NCBI GenBank assembly: GCA_913050095.1
Contig: CAJXAV010000002.1
Coordinates: 4,797-68,796, forward strand
DNA length: 64,000 nt
From: an uncultured Gammaproteobacteria bacterium
Lineage (GTDB): Bacteria; Pseudomonadota; Gammaproteobacteria; Poriferisulfidales; GCA-002705445
Reading direction: 5' to 3'
Position numbers and translations under genes: made by a program. The notes below the pieces were generated by a model that had not been told where the DNA came from, ran no database searches, and saw nothing but the letters and a program-made list of their open reading frames with translations. Positions 39,518 through 50,550 of the stretch are shown here, piece after piece; the stretch's first letter is position 1; every line of letters starts with the position of its first letter.

Positions 39518-40741
39518 ATGAAAGATATGAAAACACCAATATATTTAGATTATGCATCAACAACACCTATTGATAAGAGGGTTGCAGACAAAATGTTTGA
39601 GTTTATGACAATGGATGGTAAGTATGGAAATCCTGCATCAAGATCTCATAGCTTTGGCTGGGATGCGGATGAAGCAGTTAGTATAAGTAGAAAACACATT
39701 GCAGACCTAATAAATGCAGACCCTAGAGAAATTGTTTGGACAAGTGGCGCAACAGAATCTGATAATTTAGCAATTAAAGGTGCTGCTCATTTTTATAAGA
39801 AAAAAGGGAAGCATATAATTACTGTAAAAACTGAGCATAAAGCTGTACTCGATGCTTGCAGACAATTAGAAAGGGAAGGTTTTGAAGTTACATATATGGA
39901 ACCAATGTCTGATGGTATTCTTGATCTAGAAAAGCTAGAAGCTGAGATAAGAGAAGATACTGTCCTAATATCTGTAATGCATGTTAATAATGAAATTGGC
40001 GTTATTCAAGATATTGAAAAAATAGGTGAATTAGCAAGAAGTAAGAATATAATCTTTCATGTTGATGCTGCTCAAAGCGCTGGAAAAATTGATATTGATT
40101 TAGAAAAAATGAAAGTTGACCTAATGAGTTTTTCTGCTCATAAAATTTATGGGCCTAAAGGAATAGGTGCACTTTATGTTAGAAGAAAACCAAGAGTTAG
40201 ATTAGAGGCCCAAATACACGGCGGAGGTCATGAAAGAGGTCTAAGGTCTGGCACACTCCCAACGCATCAGATTGTTGGGATGGGTGAAGCATTTAGAATA
40301 GCTAAAGAAGAGATGAATAAAGATTATGAAAAAATTTTACAGCTAAGAAATAGACTCTGGAATGGAGTTAAAGATATGGAAGAAGTTTATCTAAATGGTG
40401 ATTTTGAAAATAGATATCCTGGCATAATGAATATAAGTTTCAATTATGTAGAAGGCGAATCACTAATTATGGCGACAAAAGATATTGCTGTTTCAAGTGG
40501 CTCTGCATGCACATCAGCTTCATTAGAGCCGAGTTTTGTTCTAAGAGCAATAGGTAGATCTGATGAATTAGCACACAGTTCGTTAAGAATGTCTATTGGA
40601 AGATTTACAACTGAAGAGGATATTGATTTAACTATTGAGACAGTTACAAAGGCTGTTGAAAAATTAAGAGCTTTATCGCCTTTGTGGGAAATGTACAAAG
40701 ATGGTATAGATATAAGTAAAATTGAGTGGGCTGCTCATTAA
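39518..40741 (+). CDS. iscS: Cysteine desulfurase IscS
   Basis: SGATESNNLAIKG; the SSGSAC active-site Cys motif. Confidence 0.9.
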   Translation: MKDMKTPIYLDYASTTPIDKRVADKMFEFMTMDGKYGNPASRSHSFGWDADEAVSISRKHIADLINADPREIVWTSGATESDNLAIKGAAHFYKKKGKHIITVKTEHKAVLDACRQLEREGFEVTYMEPMSDGILDLEKLEAEIREDTVLISVMHVNNEIGVIQDIEKIGELARSKNIIFHVDAAQSAGKIDIDLEKMKVDLMSFSAHKIYGPKGIGALYVRRKPRVRLEAQIHGGGHERGLRSGTLPTHQIVGMGEAFRIAKEEMNKDYEKILQLRNRLWNGVKDMEEVYLNGDFENRYPGIMNISFNYVEGESLIMATKDIAVSSGSACTSASLEPSFVLRAIGRSDELAHSSLRMSIGRFTTEEDIDLTIETVTKAVEKLRALSPLWEMYKDGIDISKIEWAAH

Positions 40742-40762
40742 GTAAAATTTAGGAGAAAAAAA

Positions 40763-41161
40763 ATGGCATACGGTAAGAAAGTTTTAGATCATTATGAAAA
40801 CCCAAGAAATGTTGGAACTTTAGATAAAGATGATAAGTCTGTAGGAACAGGCATGGTGGGTGCGCCGGCTTGCGGAGACGTAATGAAATTACAAATCAAA
40901 GTTAATGAAGAAGGTGTTATAGAAGACGCAAAATTCAAAACATACGGTTGCGGATCTGCAATAGCATCATCAAGTCTTCTTACAGAGTGGGTAAGAGGAA
41001 AAACAGTTGAACAAGCGCAAGAAATCAAAAATAGCGAAATAGCTGAAGAACTTGCACTACCACCAGTAAAAATTCACTGCTCCGTTCTAGCAGAAGATGC
41101 AATAAAAGCAGCAGTAAATGATTATTATGAAAAAAACGAAACAAAAAAAGAAACAGCGTAA
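40763..41161 (+). CDS. iscU: Fe-S cluster assembly scaffold IscU
   Basis: [15 protein letters not shown]; [19 protein letters not shown]. Confidence 0.9.
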   Translation: MAYGKKVLDHYENPRNVGTLDKDDKSVGTGMVGAPACGDVMKLQIKVNEEGVIEDAKFKTYGCGSAIASSSLLTEWVRGKTVEQAQEIKNSEIAEELALPPVKIHCSVLAEDAIKAAVNDYYEKNETKKETA

Positions 41162-41169
41162 TAAAAAAA

Positions 41170-41493
41170 ATGGCTATCACAATAACAGACAATGCTGCAG
41201 ATAGAGTAAAAACCTTTTTAACGAATAGAGGTAAAGGTGTAGGCTTAAGAGTAGGAGTTAAAACTACAGGATGCTCTGGAATGGCATATGTAATAGAGTT
41301 TGCTGATGAAATAGATAAATCAGATACTGTTTTTGAAGAAAAAGGTATAAAAATCATAGTTGATCCAAAGTGCCTATTATATTTAGATGGAACAGAATTA
41401 GACTTTACAAAAGAAGGTCTTAACGAAGGTTTTAAATTCATTAACCCAAATGAAAAAGCAAGATGTGGATGCGGTGAAAGTTTTAGCGTCTAA
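41170..41493 (+). CDS. iscA: Iron-binding A-type carrier IscA
   Basis: C-terminal CGCGESF motif. Confidence 0.85.
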   Translation: MAITITDNAADRVKTFLTNRGKGVGLRVGVKTTGCSGMAYVIEFADEIDKSDTVFEEKGIKIIVDPKCLLYLDGTELDFTKEGLNEGFKFINPNEKARCGCGESFSV

Positions 41494-42008
41494 TGTCAGT
41501 AGATTTCAGTAAAAATTATTTTGAACTATTTGAACTAGAATGCTCCTTTCAAATAGATTTTGATAAACTTGAAAAAAGATATCTAAGTTTCCAAAAAAAA
41601 TTTCATCCTGACAAATTTGTAAATGCAACTGATTATGAAAAAAGACTATCTCTTCAAGTCACTTCATATGTAAACGAAGCATACGAAACTCTAAAAAATG
41701 ATTATTTAAAAAGTATGTATCTATTAAAAATTAAAGGTTATGAAATGGATAACCAAAATAGCACAATATCTGACCCAGAATTCTTAATGCAACAAATGCA
41801 ATTAAGAGAGGAATCAGAAGAGATATTGTTAACAGAAGATTCGAAGCTTTTTAAAAATTTTTTATTAAATATTAAAAATCTAAAAAAAAATTGTATAGAA
41901 GACTTTGAGAGAAAATATAATGAACTTATGTTTGACGATGCTGCAAAGAAAATAAATGAGATGAAATTTTATATATCTATTGAAAATGATTTAAAAAGGA
42001 AAAAATAA
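41493..42008 (+). CDS. hscB: Co-chaperone HscB (J-domain)
   Basis: J-domain with HPD (KKFHPDKF). Position in operon. Confidence 0.8.
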   Translation: MSVDFSKNYFELFELECSFQIDFDKLEKRYLSFQKKFHPDKFVNATDYEKRLSLQVTSYVNEAYETLKNDYLKSMYLLKIKGYEMDNQNSTISDPEFLMQQMQLREESEEILLTEDSKLFKNFLLNIKNLKKNCIEDFERKYNELMFDDAAKKINEMKFYISIENDLKRKK

Positions 42009-42012
42009 AATA

Positions 42013-43860
42013 ATGGCATTATTGCAAATATCAGAACCCGGAAAATCACAAGACCCACATAATAAAAAATTTTATGTTGGAATTGACTTGGGAACAACTA
42101 ATTCACTTGTTGCTCTAATACAAAATGGAGCGCCAAATATTTTAAAAGATAAAAATAATAATGAATTATTCCCTTCAGTAGTAAATTATAGCAAGGCCTC
42201 TGTAACTGTTGGAAAGCCACTTGATATTGAAGATCAAATCTCTTTTAGCTCTATCAAAAGGTTGATAGGTAAGGGCATAAATGATATTGATAAAGATGAA
42301 TTTTATTCTCCATGTAAATATCATGGTGATGATAATATTTTAAAGTTTGAAGTTTTTGATAAACTTGTGACTCCTATAGAAATTTCTTCTGAGATTTTAA
42401 GGCATCTAAAAAATATTACTGAAAGTACTTTAGACGGTAATATTGAGGGTTGTGTAATCACAGTACCTGCATATTTTGATGATGCTCAACGTCAAGCAAC
42501 AAAAGATGCGGCAAAATTATGCGGATTAAATACTTTAAGATTACTGAATGAGCCAACCGCTGCTGCCATAGCATATGGGTTAGATAACAAAGAGGTATCA
42601 AAAGTTATGGTTTATGATCTCGGTGGTGGAACTTTTGACGTCTCAATACTAAGTTTAGATAATGGTGTCTTTAAGGTTTTAGCAACTGGAGGAGATAGTG
42701 CATTAGGTGGTGATGATTTTGACACTCTATTAGCTGACTATATCCAAAATAAACTGAAAATTGATCTTGATATTAAAAAAAAGTATGAACTTTTTATGTA
42801 TGCTAAAGAAATTAAAGAGATTTTAACAGATAATGAAAGTGTGAATATAAATCTTGATAAAATTGGTATCAAAGATAAAGAGTTAATTATTAGCCGTGTA
42901 GACTTTGAAAAAATAACAGATCGACTAGTTAAAAGAACTCTTGAAATTAGTGAAGGCGTTCTGTCAGACTCAAACCTATCAACCCAAGATCTTGATGAGA
43001 TAATATTAGTCGGCGGCTCTACAAGGATGCCGAATATTAAAAATTTTGTAAAAATTTTTTTTAACAAAGAGCCTTTATCTAATATCAATCCGGATAATGT
43101 TGTTGCAGTTGGTGCCTCAATTCAAGCAAATATAATGTCAGGAAATTCATCAGAAGAATTATTATTATTAGATGTAATACCACTCTCGTTAGGTATTGAG
43201 ACAATGGGAGAACTTGTTGAAGTTATTATTCCAAGAAATAGCACAATTCCAACTAGTAGTAGTAAGGAATATACAACATTTAAGGATGGGCAGAGCGCTA
43301 TGAGCATACACGTTGTTCAAGGCGAAAGAGATATTGTAAGCGACTGCAGATCATTAGCTAAATTTACAGTAAATGATATCCCTCCAATGTTAGCAGGAGC
43401 TGCAAGAGTAAGACTTGAATTTCAAATTGATGCGAATGGTATTTTAAGTATTAATGCTACTGAGACAACAACAGGAAAAGTCACATCAGTAGAAGTTAAA
43501 CCATCATATGGAATAACTGATTCCGATATTGAAAAAATGTTAAAAGATTCTATAGATAATGCTGAAGAAGATATAAAAAATAGACATCTAAAAGAAGCTG
43601 CAGTTGAAGGCAACAGAGTTATCCTAGCAATTAAGTCTGCTTTAGATATTGATGGTTCTGAATTATTGAGCGAAGAAGAACAAAATGAGATATCTCATGC
43701 CATTGAAAATTTAGAAAAAAAATTAAAAGGTTCGAATAAAGATAATATTATAAATGCGATAAAATCTTTAGAAAATGTTTGTGAAACATACGTTGAAAGA
43801 AGAATGAACTCAAATATTCAAAAAATTATGAAAGGAACAGACATCAAGGAGTATAATTAA
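42013..43860 (+). CDS. hscA: Chaperone HscA (Hsp70 family)
   Basis: VGIDLGTTNSLVA; DLGGGTFDVS. Confidence 0.9.
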   Translation: MALLQISEPGKSQDPHNKKFYVGIDLGTTNSLVALIQNGAPNILKDKNNNELFPSVVNYSKASVTVGKPLDIEDQISFSSIKRLIGKGINDIDKDEFYSPCKYHGDDNILKFEVFDKLVTPIEISSEILRHLKNITESTLDGNIEGCVITVPAYFDDAQRQATKDAAKLCGLNTLRLLNEPTAAAIAYGLDNKEVSKVMVYDLGGGTFDVSILSLDNGVFKVLATGGDSALGGDDFDTLLADYIQNKLKIDLDIKKKYELFMYAKEIKEILTDNESVNINLDKIGIKDKELIISRVDFEKITDRLVKRTLEISEGVLSDSNLSTQDLDEIILVGGSTRMPNIKNFVKIFFNKEPLSNINPDNVVAVGASIQANIMSGNSSEELLLLDVIPLSLGIETMGELVEVIIPRNSTIPTSSSKEYTTFKDGQSAMSIHVVQGERDIVSDCRSLAKFTVNDIPPMLAGAARVRLEFQIDANGILSINATETTTGKVTSVEVKPSYGITDSDIEKMLKDSIDNAEEDIKNRHLKEAAVEGNRVILAIKSALDIDGSELLSEEEQNEISHAIENLEKKLKGSNKDNIINAIKSLENVCETYVERRMNSNIQKIMKGTDIKEYN

Positions 43861-43861
43861 A

Positions 43862-44200
43862 ATGCCAAAAGTTACATTTCTACCTCATGAAACCTTATGT
43901 CCTGATGGATTAGTCATAGATGCTGAAGAAGGTGTAAGTATTTGTGATCTAGCATTAGTTAACAAAATAGACATAGAACACGCTTGTGAGAAGTCTTGTG
44001 CATGCACAACATGTCATGTCTACATTAGAAAAGGGTTTGATTCACTAGAGGAGTCCACAGAAAATGAAGATGATATGCTTGATAAAGCATGGGGTCTTGA
44101 GCCAGATTCAAGGCTTAGTTGTCAATCATTAACAGGAAAAGATGATTTAGTTATTGAAATACCAAAATATACTATTAATATGGTCTCTGAAAATCATTAG
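43862..44200 (+). CDS. fdx: [2Fe-2S] ferredoxin of the isc operon
   Basis: Adrenodoxin-type Cys pattern CxxxxxC..C...C. Position after hscA. Confidence 0.85.
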   Translation: MPKVTFLPHETLCPDGLVIDAEEGVSICDLALVNKIDIEHACEKSCACTTCHVYIRKGFDSLEESTENEDDMLDKAWGLEPDSRLSCQSLTGKDDLVIEIPKYTINMVSENH

Positions 44201-44211
44201 AGGAAGTAATT

Positions 44212-44412
44212 ATGGGGTTAAAGTGGAATGATAGTTTGGACATAGCATGCGACTTATTGGATAAATATCCTGATGTTGATCCTCAATATATTAGATTCAC
44301 AGACTTGCATGAATGGATATGTAAATTAGAAGACTTTGATGATGACCCACAAAATTCAAATGAGAAAATTCTTGAATCTATTCAAATGAATTGGATAGAA
44401 GAAGCTAAATAA
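44212..44412 (+). CDS. iscX: Fe-S assembly protein IscX
   Basis: 66-aa acidic protein [12 protein letters not shown]. Confidence 0.75.
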   Translation: MGLKWNDSLDIACDLLDKYPDVDPQYIRFTDLHEWICKLEDFDDDPQNSNEKILESIQMNWIEEAK

Positions 44413-44432
44413 TAATATTAAAGGAGATAAAA

Positions 44433-44864
44433 ATGTCACTAGAAAGAACTTTGTCAATTATTAAACCAGACGCCGTTGGAAGTAATGTAATAGGAAAAAT
44501 CTTGCAAAGATTTGAAGAAAATAATTTGCAAATAGTAGCATCAAAAATGATTCATCTTTCTAAAGAAAAAGCTGAAGGTTTTTACGATATTCATAGAGAT
44601 AAACCATTTTTTCCAAACCTTGTTGAATTCATGACATCAGGCCCAGTTATAGTTCAAGTGCTAGAAGGTGAAAATGCGATTTTAAAAAACAGAGAAGTAA
44701 TGGGAGCAACAAATCCATCAGAAGCAAAAGATGGTAGCATAAGAAAAGATTTTGCTAAAAGTATAGATGAGAATGCTGTCCACGGATCTGATGCAGTAGA
44801 AACAGCAAAAGTAGAAATTGAATATTTTTTTCATAGTGATGAGATTTTTAAAAGAACCAGGTAA
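44433..44864 (+). CDS. ndk: Nucleoside diphosphate kinase
   Basis: [12 protein letters not shown]; NAVHGSD active-site His. Confidence 0.9.
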   Translation: MSLERTLSIIKPDAVGSNVIGKILQRFEENNLQIVASKMIHLSKEKAEGFYDIHRDKPFFPNLVEFMTSGPVIVQVLEGENAILKNREVMGATNPSEAKDGSIRKDFAKSIDENAVHGSDAVETAKVEIEYFFHSDEIFKRTR

Positions 44865-44871
44865 AAATTAA

Positions 44872-45741
44872 ATGGAAAATCTAGACTCGCTTAAAATTGC
44901 TAGTAATTTAATAAAATCTCAAAGAGAAAAGCGAGGAATTACTATTGAAGAAATATCAATAGAACTTAAGCTAGAAAAAAAAATTATAGAAGACATCGAA
45001 AATAGAAATTTTGGTAACTTTAAAAGTTATTTGTTCTTAAAGGGATATTTAATAAATTATGCAAATCTTTTAGATGTGAAAATTAGCCTACCCGAGGTGA
45101 AGAAGCAAAAAAAATCCCAGACCAAAAAAAATATAACTGATAAGAGTAAGAATAAGAATAAGGATAAGAATAAATATAAAAATTCTACACAAATAAAATT
45201 AATATTTTCTCTTTTAATATTAACCTCTGTTTTTTTTATAATTTTTAATAATCAAAATATCAATCAAAATAATATAGATTTAAAAAATAAATTAATTGAT
45301 AAGCCTATTTCAAAAAATGAAAAAGCAATCGAAATTTCGAAAGATAATACCTTAAGTAATGAACAACAAATTAAAGTTGAAGAAATTTTTATTAATAAAA
45401 CAAAAAGCCAACCTGAATTACCTAACAATGATACCGTTACCCCTTCTTTGATAGATAAACAAATAAGTGAAAATAATAAAAGTATAAAAAATAGTTTTAA
45501 AAAGACTTTATTAATTGAATATACTGGAGATTCATGGACTGAAATCATTGACTCAAAAGGCGAAATTGTTTTTTTTGACCTTGTAAAAAGCGGTGACAAA
45601 ATTGACTTAAATATTGCTTCTCCCATTGAGATATTATTAGGTAACGCAACAGTAGTAAATATAAAGTATAATAACAATAAAATTAATATTCCGTATGTGA
45701 ATCCAGAGAATAATGTTAGCAAGATTATAATAGAAGAATAA
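44872..45741 (+). CDS. rodZ: Cytoskeleton protein RodZ-like (N-terminal HTH, one TM, C-terminal RodZ domain)
   Basis: HTH GITIEEISIELKL; TM IFSLLILTSVFFIIF; C-terminal LLIEYTGDSWTEIIDSKGEIVFFDLVKSGDKI. Position between ndk and hisS. Confidence 0.55.
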   Translation: MENLDSLKIASNLIKSQREKRGITIEEISIELKLEKKIIEDIENRNFGNFKSYLFLKGYLINYANLLDVKISLPEVKKQKKSQTKKNITDKSKNKNKDKNKYKNSTQIKLIFSLLILTSVFFIIFNNQNINQNNIDLKNKLIDKPISKNEKAIEISKDNTLSNEQQIKVEEIFINKTKSQPELPNNDTVTPSLIDKQISENNKSIKNSFKKTLLIEYTGDSWTEIIDSKGEIVFFDLVKSGDKIDLNIASPIEILLGNATVVNIKYNNNKINIPYVNPENNVSKIIIEE

Positions 45742-45743
45742 AA

Positions 45744-46997
45744 ATGAAAAAATTTCAATCTGTAAGAGGAATGCAAGACATATTACCACCTAAATCAAAA
45801 GCTTTTAGAGCTTTAGAAGACATTTTAACTTCTAGTGTTAATCAGTTTGGCTACCATGAAATAAAAACACCCATACTTGAAGAAACGGGATTATTTATTA
45901 AATCTATAGGCGACGGAACAGATATCGTTGAAAAAGAAATGTATACTTTTGTAGATTCAAAAAAAAACTCGTTCTCAATGAGGCCAGAAGGAACGGCCGC
46001 ATGCGCAAGAGCATTAATAGAGAATGGATTGCATGATTCAATAAATAGATTATGGTACCTCGGACCTTTCTTTAGGCATGAGAGACCTCAGAAGGGAAGA
46101 TATCGACAGTTTAACCAATTTGGAGTAGAGCTTATTGGTATTGAAGGTTATGAGGCAGATTTAGAGATTATAAATATAGTAAACTCTATATGGAAAATTT
46201 TAGACACAAGCCCATTGTTAAAAATAAATACAATTGGGGATATAAAAGATAGAAAAAAGTACATAGAAGTCTTGGTAAAATATTTTAAAAAATATCAAAA
46301 TGACTTTGATGAAAACGAGAAAAATAAAATCAAAATAAATCCTTTGAGAATATTAGATTCAAAGAATGATAAAATCTTTAATATAATCGAATCAGCACCT
46401 AAAATATCTGAATATATTTCAAATGAATCTAAAGCACATTTTAATAATTTGTTAGAATCCTTGAATAAAGAAAATATTGATTTCACATTAGATGAAAAAC
46501 TTGTTAGAGGTTTGGATTACTATAATAAAACAGTTTTTGAATATATAGATAATAAAAGAAATACACAAAATACTATTTGTGCTGGTGGCAGGTATGATCT
46601 TTTATTTGAAAATTTATGCGGTAAAAAAGTTCCTGCATTAGGTTTTGCAATAGGTACGGAGAGATTACTAGAATATTTAGATCATAAGATTTATGGAAAA
46701 AAAGAATATCATTTTTATATGGTAATAATAAATCCAAGTGATCTTCAGTATTCTCTTAATATTGCTAATACAATTAGAAATTTATCTAAAAAATATATAG
46801 TATCAATTAGTTACAGTTACGGAAATCTGAAGTCTCAATTAAAAAAAGCTAATAAATTATCAGCGGACTATTGTGTTATAATCGGGAGCGATGAAAGCGA
46901 TAATCAAAATTGCCAGATAAAAAATATGGATTCAGGCAAACAAGATACGGTAAGTATTAATAAAATCCATGAATACTTACCATCTATTACAGAGTAA
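45744..46997 (+). CDS. hisS: Histidine--tRNA ligase
   Basis: Class II aaRS motifs MRPEGTA and FRHERPQKGRYRQF. Confidence 0.9.
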   Translation: MKKFQSVRGMQDILPPKSKAFRALEDILTSSVNQFGYHEIKTPILEETGLFIKSIGDGTDIVEKEMYTFVDSKKNSFSMRPEGTAACARALIENGLHDSINRLWYLGPFFRHERPQKGRYRQFNQFGVELIGIEGYEADLEIINIVNSIWKILDTSPLLKINTIGDIKDRKKYIEVLVKYFKKYQNDFDENEKNKIKINPLRILDSKNDKIFNIIESAPKISEYISNESKAHFNNLLESLNKENIDFTLDEKLVRGLDYYNKTVFEYIDNKRNTQNTICAGGRYDLLFENLCGKKVPALGFAIGTERLLEYLDHKIYGKKEYHFYMVIINPSDLQYSLNIANTIRNLSKKYIVSISYSYGNLKSQLKKANKLSADYCVIIGSDESDNQNCQIKNMDSGKQDTVSINKIHEYLPSITE

Positions 46998-47008
46998 TAA
47001 GGATTAAA

Positions 47009-47620
47009 ATGAGTGAAGATAAATTAGACATAACGAGTAAAGTTTTAGTTTGGGCCAGTGAAAATATTAAATTTGTTGTTATTGGGGCAGTAATAGGAAT
47101 ATTGATACCTCTATCTTGGAATTTCTATCAATATAAAGTTGAGAAAGGAAATTTATTAGCATCAGATTTATATTATGAATTATTAAGTATAGAAAATTCT
47201 TCAGATGATTTAAAAAAATTTGAGGATAAAATCATTTCTGAGCATGATGGTTCAGTTTATGATGTGCTATCAAAATTCATATTATCAAAAAAAGAGTTTG
47301 AAAATAAAAACTATGATTTATCAAAAAAATATCTTAATGAAATAATTAAAATAAATATTAATGAGACCTATAATAGTCTTGCATACATTAAAATATCATT
47401 AATACATATACAAAATAAAGACTATAATAATGCATTAGATGTACTGGCTATGATTGAAATGCAGAGTTCTTTCAAACAAATAATATCAGAAATTAAGGGT
47501 GATATTTATAAGTTTAAAGGGGATAAAGAAAAATCTTTGGAATTTTATAACGAGGCTATTAGTGCTTCAGCAATTAATAATGAAAATTTGTTAATGAAAA
47601 AAAATTCTGTTGAAAATTAA
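47009..47620 (+). CDS. YfgM-like membrane-anchored TPR-like protein (UPF0070)
   Basis: N-terminal TM followed by a helical repeat domain. Conserved position between hisS and bamB. Confidence 0.5.
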   Translation: MSEDKLDITSKVLVWASENIKFVVIGAVIGILIPLSWNFYQYKVEKGNLLASDLYYELLSIENSSDDLKKFEDKIISEHDGSVYDVLSKFILSKKEFENKNYDLSKKYLNEIIKININETYNSLAYIKISLIHIQNKDYNNALDVLAMIEMQSSFKQIISEIKGDIYKFKGDKEKSLEFYNEAISASAINNENLLMKKNSVEN

Positions 47621-47628
47621 TATTCATT

Positions 47629-48816
47629 ATGAAAAAGATATTACTTTTTTTAGTTCTTTTTACAAGTTCATGTTCAACAACAGAGAATTTTTTACCAAGT
47701 TTAATACCTGATTTTGTAGAAAACTATTTTAAACCAGAAGTTAAGCCATATTCAGACTTACCTATTTTTACTCCAGATGTAAAAATACAATTAATTTGGG
47801 AGAGAGAGGTCTCTGGCAATATTGAGGAGAACTACTCTTTTCTTAATTTTTATAAACATAATGACGATATCTTCTTGCCAACAACTGACAAAGAAGTTTA
47901 TATAATCTCGTCGGAATCTGGAGAAGTAAAAAATTCAATAGATGTTAATTTAGATATATTTTCAAATATCGTTGTTGATGAAAATTTAATTTACTTTGGC
48001 TCAAAGCAAGACACGATTACTGCAATAGATTATTCTAATAAAAAGTTACTATGGCAGAGGGTTATGTCTAGCGAAGTAATGTCAGTTTCTGAAATTAATG
48101 AGAATGTAATTTATGTTAGGACAAATGATAGTAAGGTTTCAGCTATAAACATAAATACAGGAAAGTTTTTATGGATTAATTCGCAAATACCTTCAGAGTT
48201 ATCTATAAGAGGTATGAGTGAACCGGTTATTGCAGATGGAAAATTATTTGTTGGTTTTGATGATGGTAAAATTATTTCTTACAACCTTGATAATGGGGAT
48301 ATTAATTGGCAAGTTAAAATTCCCGCACCAAAAAACGAAAACATAATTGAAAGACTTAATGATATAGATGGTTCCATGATCATCGATAATAGTATTCTTT
48401 ATGCAATATCATACCAAGGGAGTGTTGTTGCAATAGATTGCTTTACAGGCCAAATTTTATGGATAAAAGAGGCATCATCTATTTTTGGATTAGATTCTAA
48501 TGAAGATAATGTATTTTATATTGATGATGATGGAATTTTATGGGGCATAGAAAAATTTTCTGGAAGACCAGCGTGGAAGCAAGATCAGTTTTTTAAAAGA
48601 TTAAAAGGAACTCCTATTTTTTATAATGAGTTTGTAATAGCAAAAGATATTGAAAATTATTTACATATATTCAATTCCAATGATGGTACTGTTATAGGAA
48701 GATTAGAAGTTAATAGTGATATACAGTTCATTCTCGCAGATTACGATTCGTTATACATGCTTGATAAAAAATTCTCCTTAAAAAAATATGAAATTAATAA
48801 TATTGTTTCAGAGTAG
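47629..48816 (+). CDS. bamB: Outer membrane protein assembly factor BamB (PQQ-repeat lipoprotein)
   Basis: Lipoprotein signal LFTSSCS. Repeated beta-propeller motifs. Position before der. Confidence 0.75.
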   Translation: MKKILLFLVLFTSSCSTTENFLPSLIPDFVENYFKPEVKPYSDLPIFTPDVKIQLIWEREVSGNIEENYSFLNFYKHNDDIFLPTTDKEVYIISSESGEVKNSIDVNLDIFSNIVVDENLIYFGSKQDTITAIDYSNKKLLWQRVMSSEVMSVSEINENVIYVRTNDSKVSAININTGKFLWINSQIPSELSIRGMSEPVIADGKLFVGFDDGKIISYNLDNGDINWQVKIPAPKNENIIERLNDIDGSMIIDNSILYAISYQGSVVAIDCFTGQILWIKEASSIFGLDSNEDNVFYIDDDGILWGIEKFSGRPAWKQDQFFKRLKGTPIFYNEFVIAKDIENYLHIFNSNDGTVIGRLEVNSDIQFILADYDSLYMLDKKFSLKKYEINNIVSE

Positions 48817-48827
48817 AGTTAATTAAT

Positions 48828-50132
48828 ATGAATAACATAGCAACTTTAGTAGGCAGACCTAATGTAGGTAAGTCAACAATATTTAATAAATTAACAAAAA
48901 CAAATAACGCAATAGTCGCTGATATTCCTGGCTATACAAGAGATTGCCAACAAGGTATCTGTAATTATGAGAATAGAAATTTTTATATAGTTGATACAGC
49001 AGGTTTGTTTTTTAGAGATGATGATGTAAGTAACATAAGTGAAGCTAATACTTATGAGGCAATAACGGAATCAGACATTATAATATTTGTTGTAGATGCT
49101 GAAGAAGGTTTAGTAAGCGCAGATATTGAAATTGCTAATAATTTAAGAAAATTGCAAAAAAAAATATTTTTAGCAATTAATAAAATTGATAAATCCCAAA
49201 AAGACATAGTAATTAGTGAATTTTCAGAGCTTGGATTTAATGATGTAACTCTAATATCTGGGAAAAACGGTACAGGTATCAAAGAAATTTCGAAAAAAGT
49301 TATTGATGAAATTCCTGATAAAATAATATTAGATAATAATGAAAACCTTAACTTGGCTATCCTAGGAAAACCTAATGTTGGAAAATCAACATTAGTGAAT
49401 ACATTTTTAGGCAAAGATAAGCAAATTACTCAAAATAAGCCCGGCACCACACGAGACTGTATAAAAATTCCTGCAAAAAAGTATGGGCACGAGTTTAATA
49501 TTGTAGATACTCCTGGTGTAAGAAAAAAGAGTAAGACAAAAAATCATATAGAGATTATAGGAGTTATTAAAACTTTAAAAACAATTGAAGCGTCAGATTT
49601 AGTTGTGGTATTAATTGATTCTTTAGATGGCATTACAGATCAAGATTTATCTCTAATAGGTACAGTTATGGAACTCGGCAAACCAGCTATAGTTGCCCTA
49701 AATAAAAGTGACGCTATAGATGATTATCAAGATCATTTATTATCTTATGGCATTGATACTAAACTTAAATTTATTAATTATATACCTATATACAAAATAT
49801 CAGCCTTGAAGGGTATCGGTATTAAAAAGTTACTTAATGCAGCATTAAAAGTGTATAAAAATAGTAGGATATCAATTAATACTTCTGTTTTAAATAATAT
49901 TATTCAAAAAGCAATATTTGATCACCAGCCACCTGCATATGGTGGTAAAAGAATAAAGATTAGATATGTTCACCAAGGAGGCAACAATCCAATAAGACTA
50001 ATCATTCATGGCACATATGTTGACAAGCTTTCAAAAGATTATTTGAGGTATTTATCAAATTATATTAGAAAAAAAATAGACTTAACAGGAATTACTATTT
50101 TCTTTGAATTGAGAAATAAATTTGAAAGATAG
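48828..50132 (+). CDS. der: Ribosome-associated GTPase Der/EngA (tandem GTPase domains plus KH-like)
   Basis: Two G-domains: GRPNVGKST and GKPNVGKST. Confidence 0.9.
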   Translation: MNNIATLVGRPNVGKSTIFNKLTKTNNAIVADIPGYTRDCQQGICNYENRNFYIVDTAGLFFRDDDVSNISEANTYEAITESDIIIFVVDAEEGLVSADIEIANNLRKLQKKIFLAINKIDKSQKDIVISEFSELGFNDVTLISGKNGTGIKEISKKVIDEIPDKIILDNNENLNLAILGKPNVGKSTLVNTFLGKDKQITQNKPGTTRDCIKIPAKKYGHEFNIVDTPGVRKKSKTKNHIEIIGVIKTLKTIEASDLVVVLIDSLDGITDQDLSLIGTVMELGKPAIVALNKSDAIDDYQDHLLSYGIDTKLKFINYIPIYKISALKGIGIKKLLNAALKVYKNSRISINTSVLNNIIQKAIFDHQPPAYGGKRIKIRYVHQGGNNPIRLIIHGTYVDKLSKDYLRYLSNYIRKKIDLTGITIFFELRNKFER

Positions 50133-50138
50133 GATGTC

Positions 50139-50483
50139 TTATTTTTCATGTGTGGCATTTACAGATGTATAGATACCGCCTCTAACATTAAACTCTGCAT
50201 TAATATTAATGTATTTAGGATCTAGCAAATTAACAAGATCATCTAAAATCTTGTTTGTTAGGTCTTCATGGAATCCGGGTTGATCCCTATACGACACAAA
50301 GTAAAGTTTTAATGATTTTAATTCCACACATAGTTTGTCTGGTATATACTCAATCAATATATTAGCAAAATCAGGCTGACCAGTTTTTGGGCAGAGGCTT
50401 GTAAATTCAGGTATTTCAAAGTTGATGGTATAATCCCTATCAACTTTTGGATTTTCAAATGTTTCTAATATACTATTACTCAT
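50139..50483 (-). CDS. queF: NADPH-dependent 7-cyano-7-deazaguanine reductase, unimodular (type I) QueF
   Basis: [15 protein letters not shown] (catalytic Cys) and the [13 protein letters not shown] QueF motif. 114 aa. Confidence 0.8.
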   Translation of the reverse strand: MSNSILETFENPKVDRDYTINFEIPEFTSLCPKTGQPDFANILIEYIPDKLCVELKSLKLYFVSYRDQPGFHEDLTNKILDDLVNLLDPKYININAEFNVRGGIYTSVNATHEK

Positions 50484-50550
50484 GATTTATGCATTATAAG
50501 TAAGAATTAAAACAAAACAACTTATTATTAATTGAATATAAGGAAAGGTC

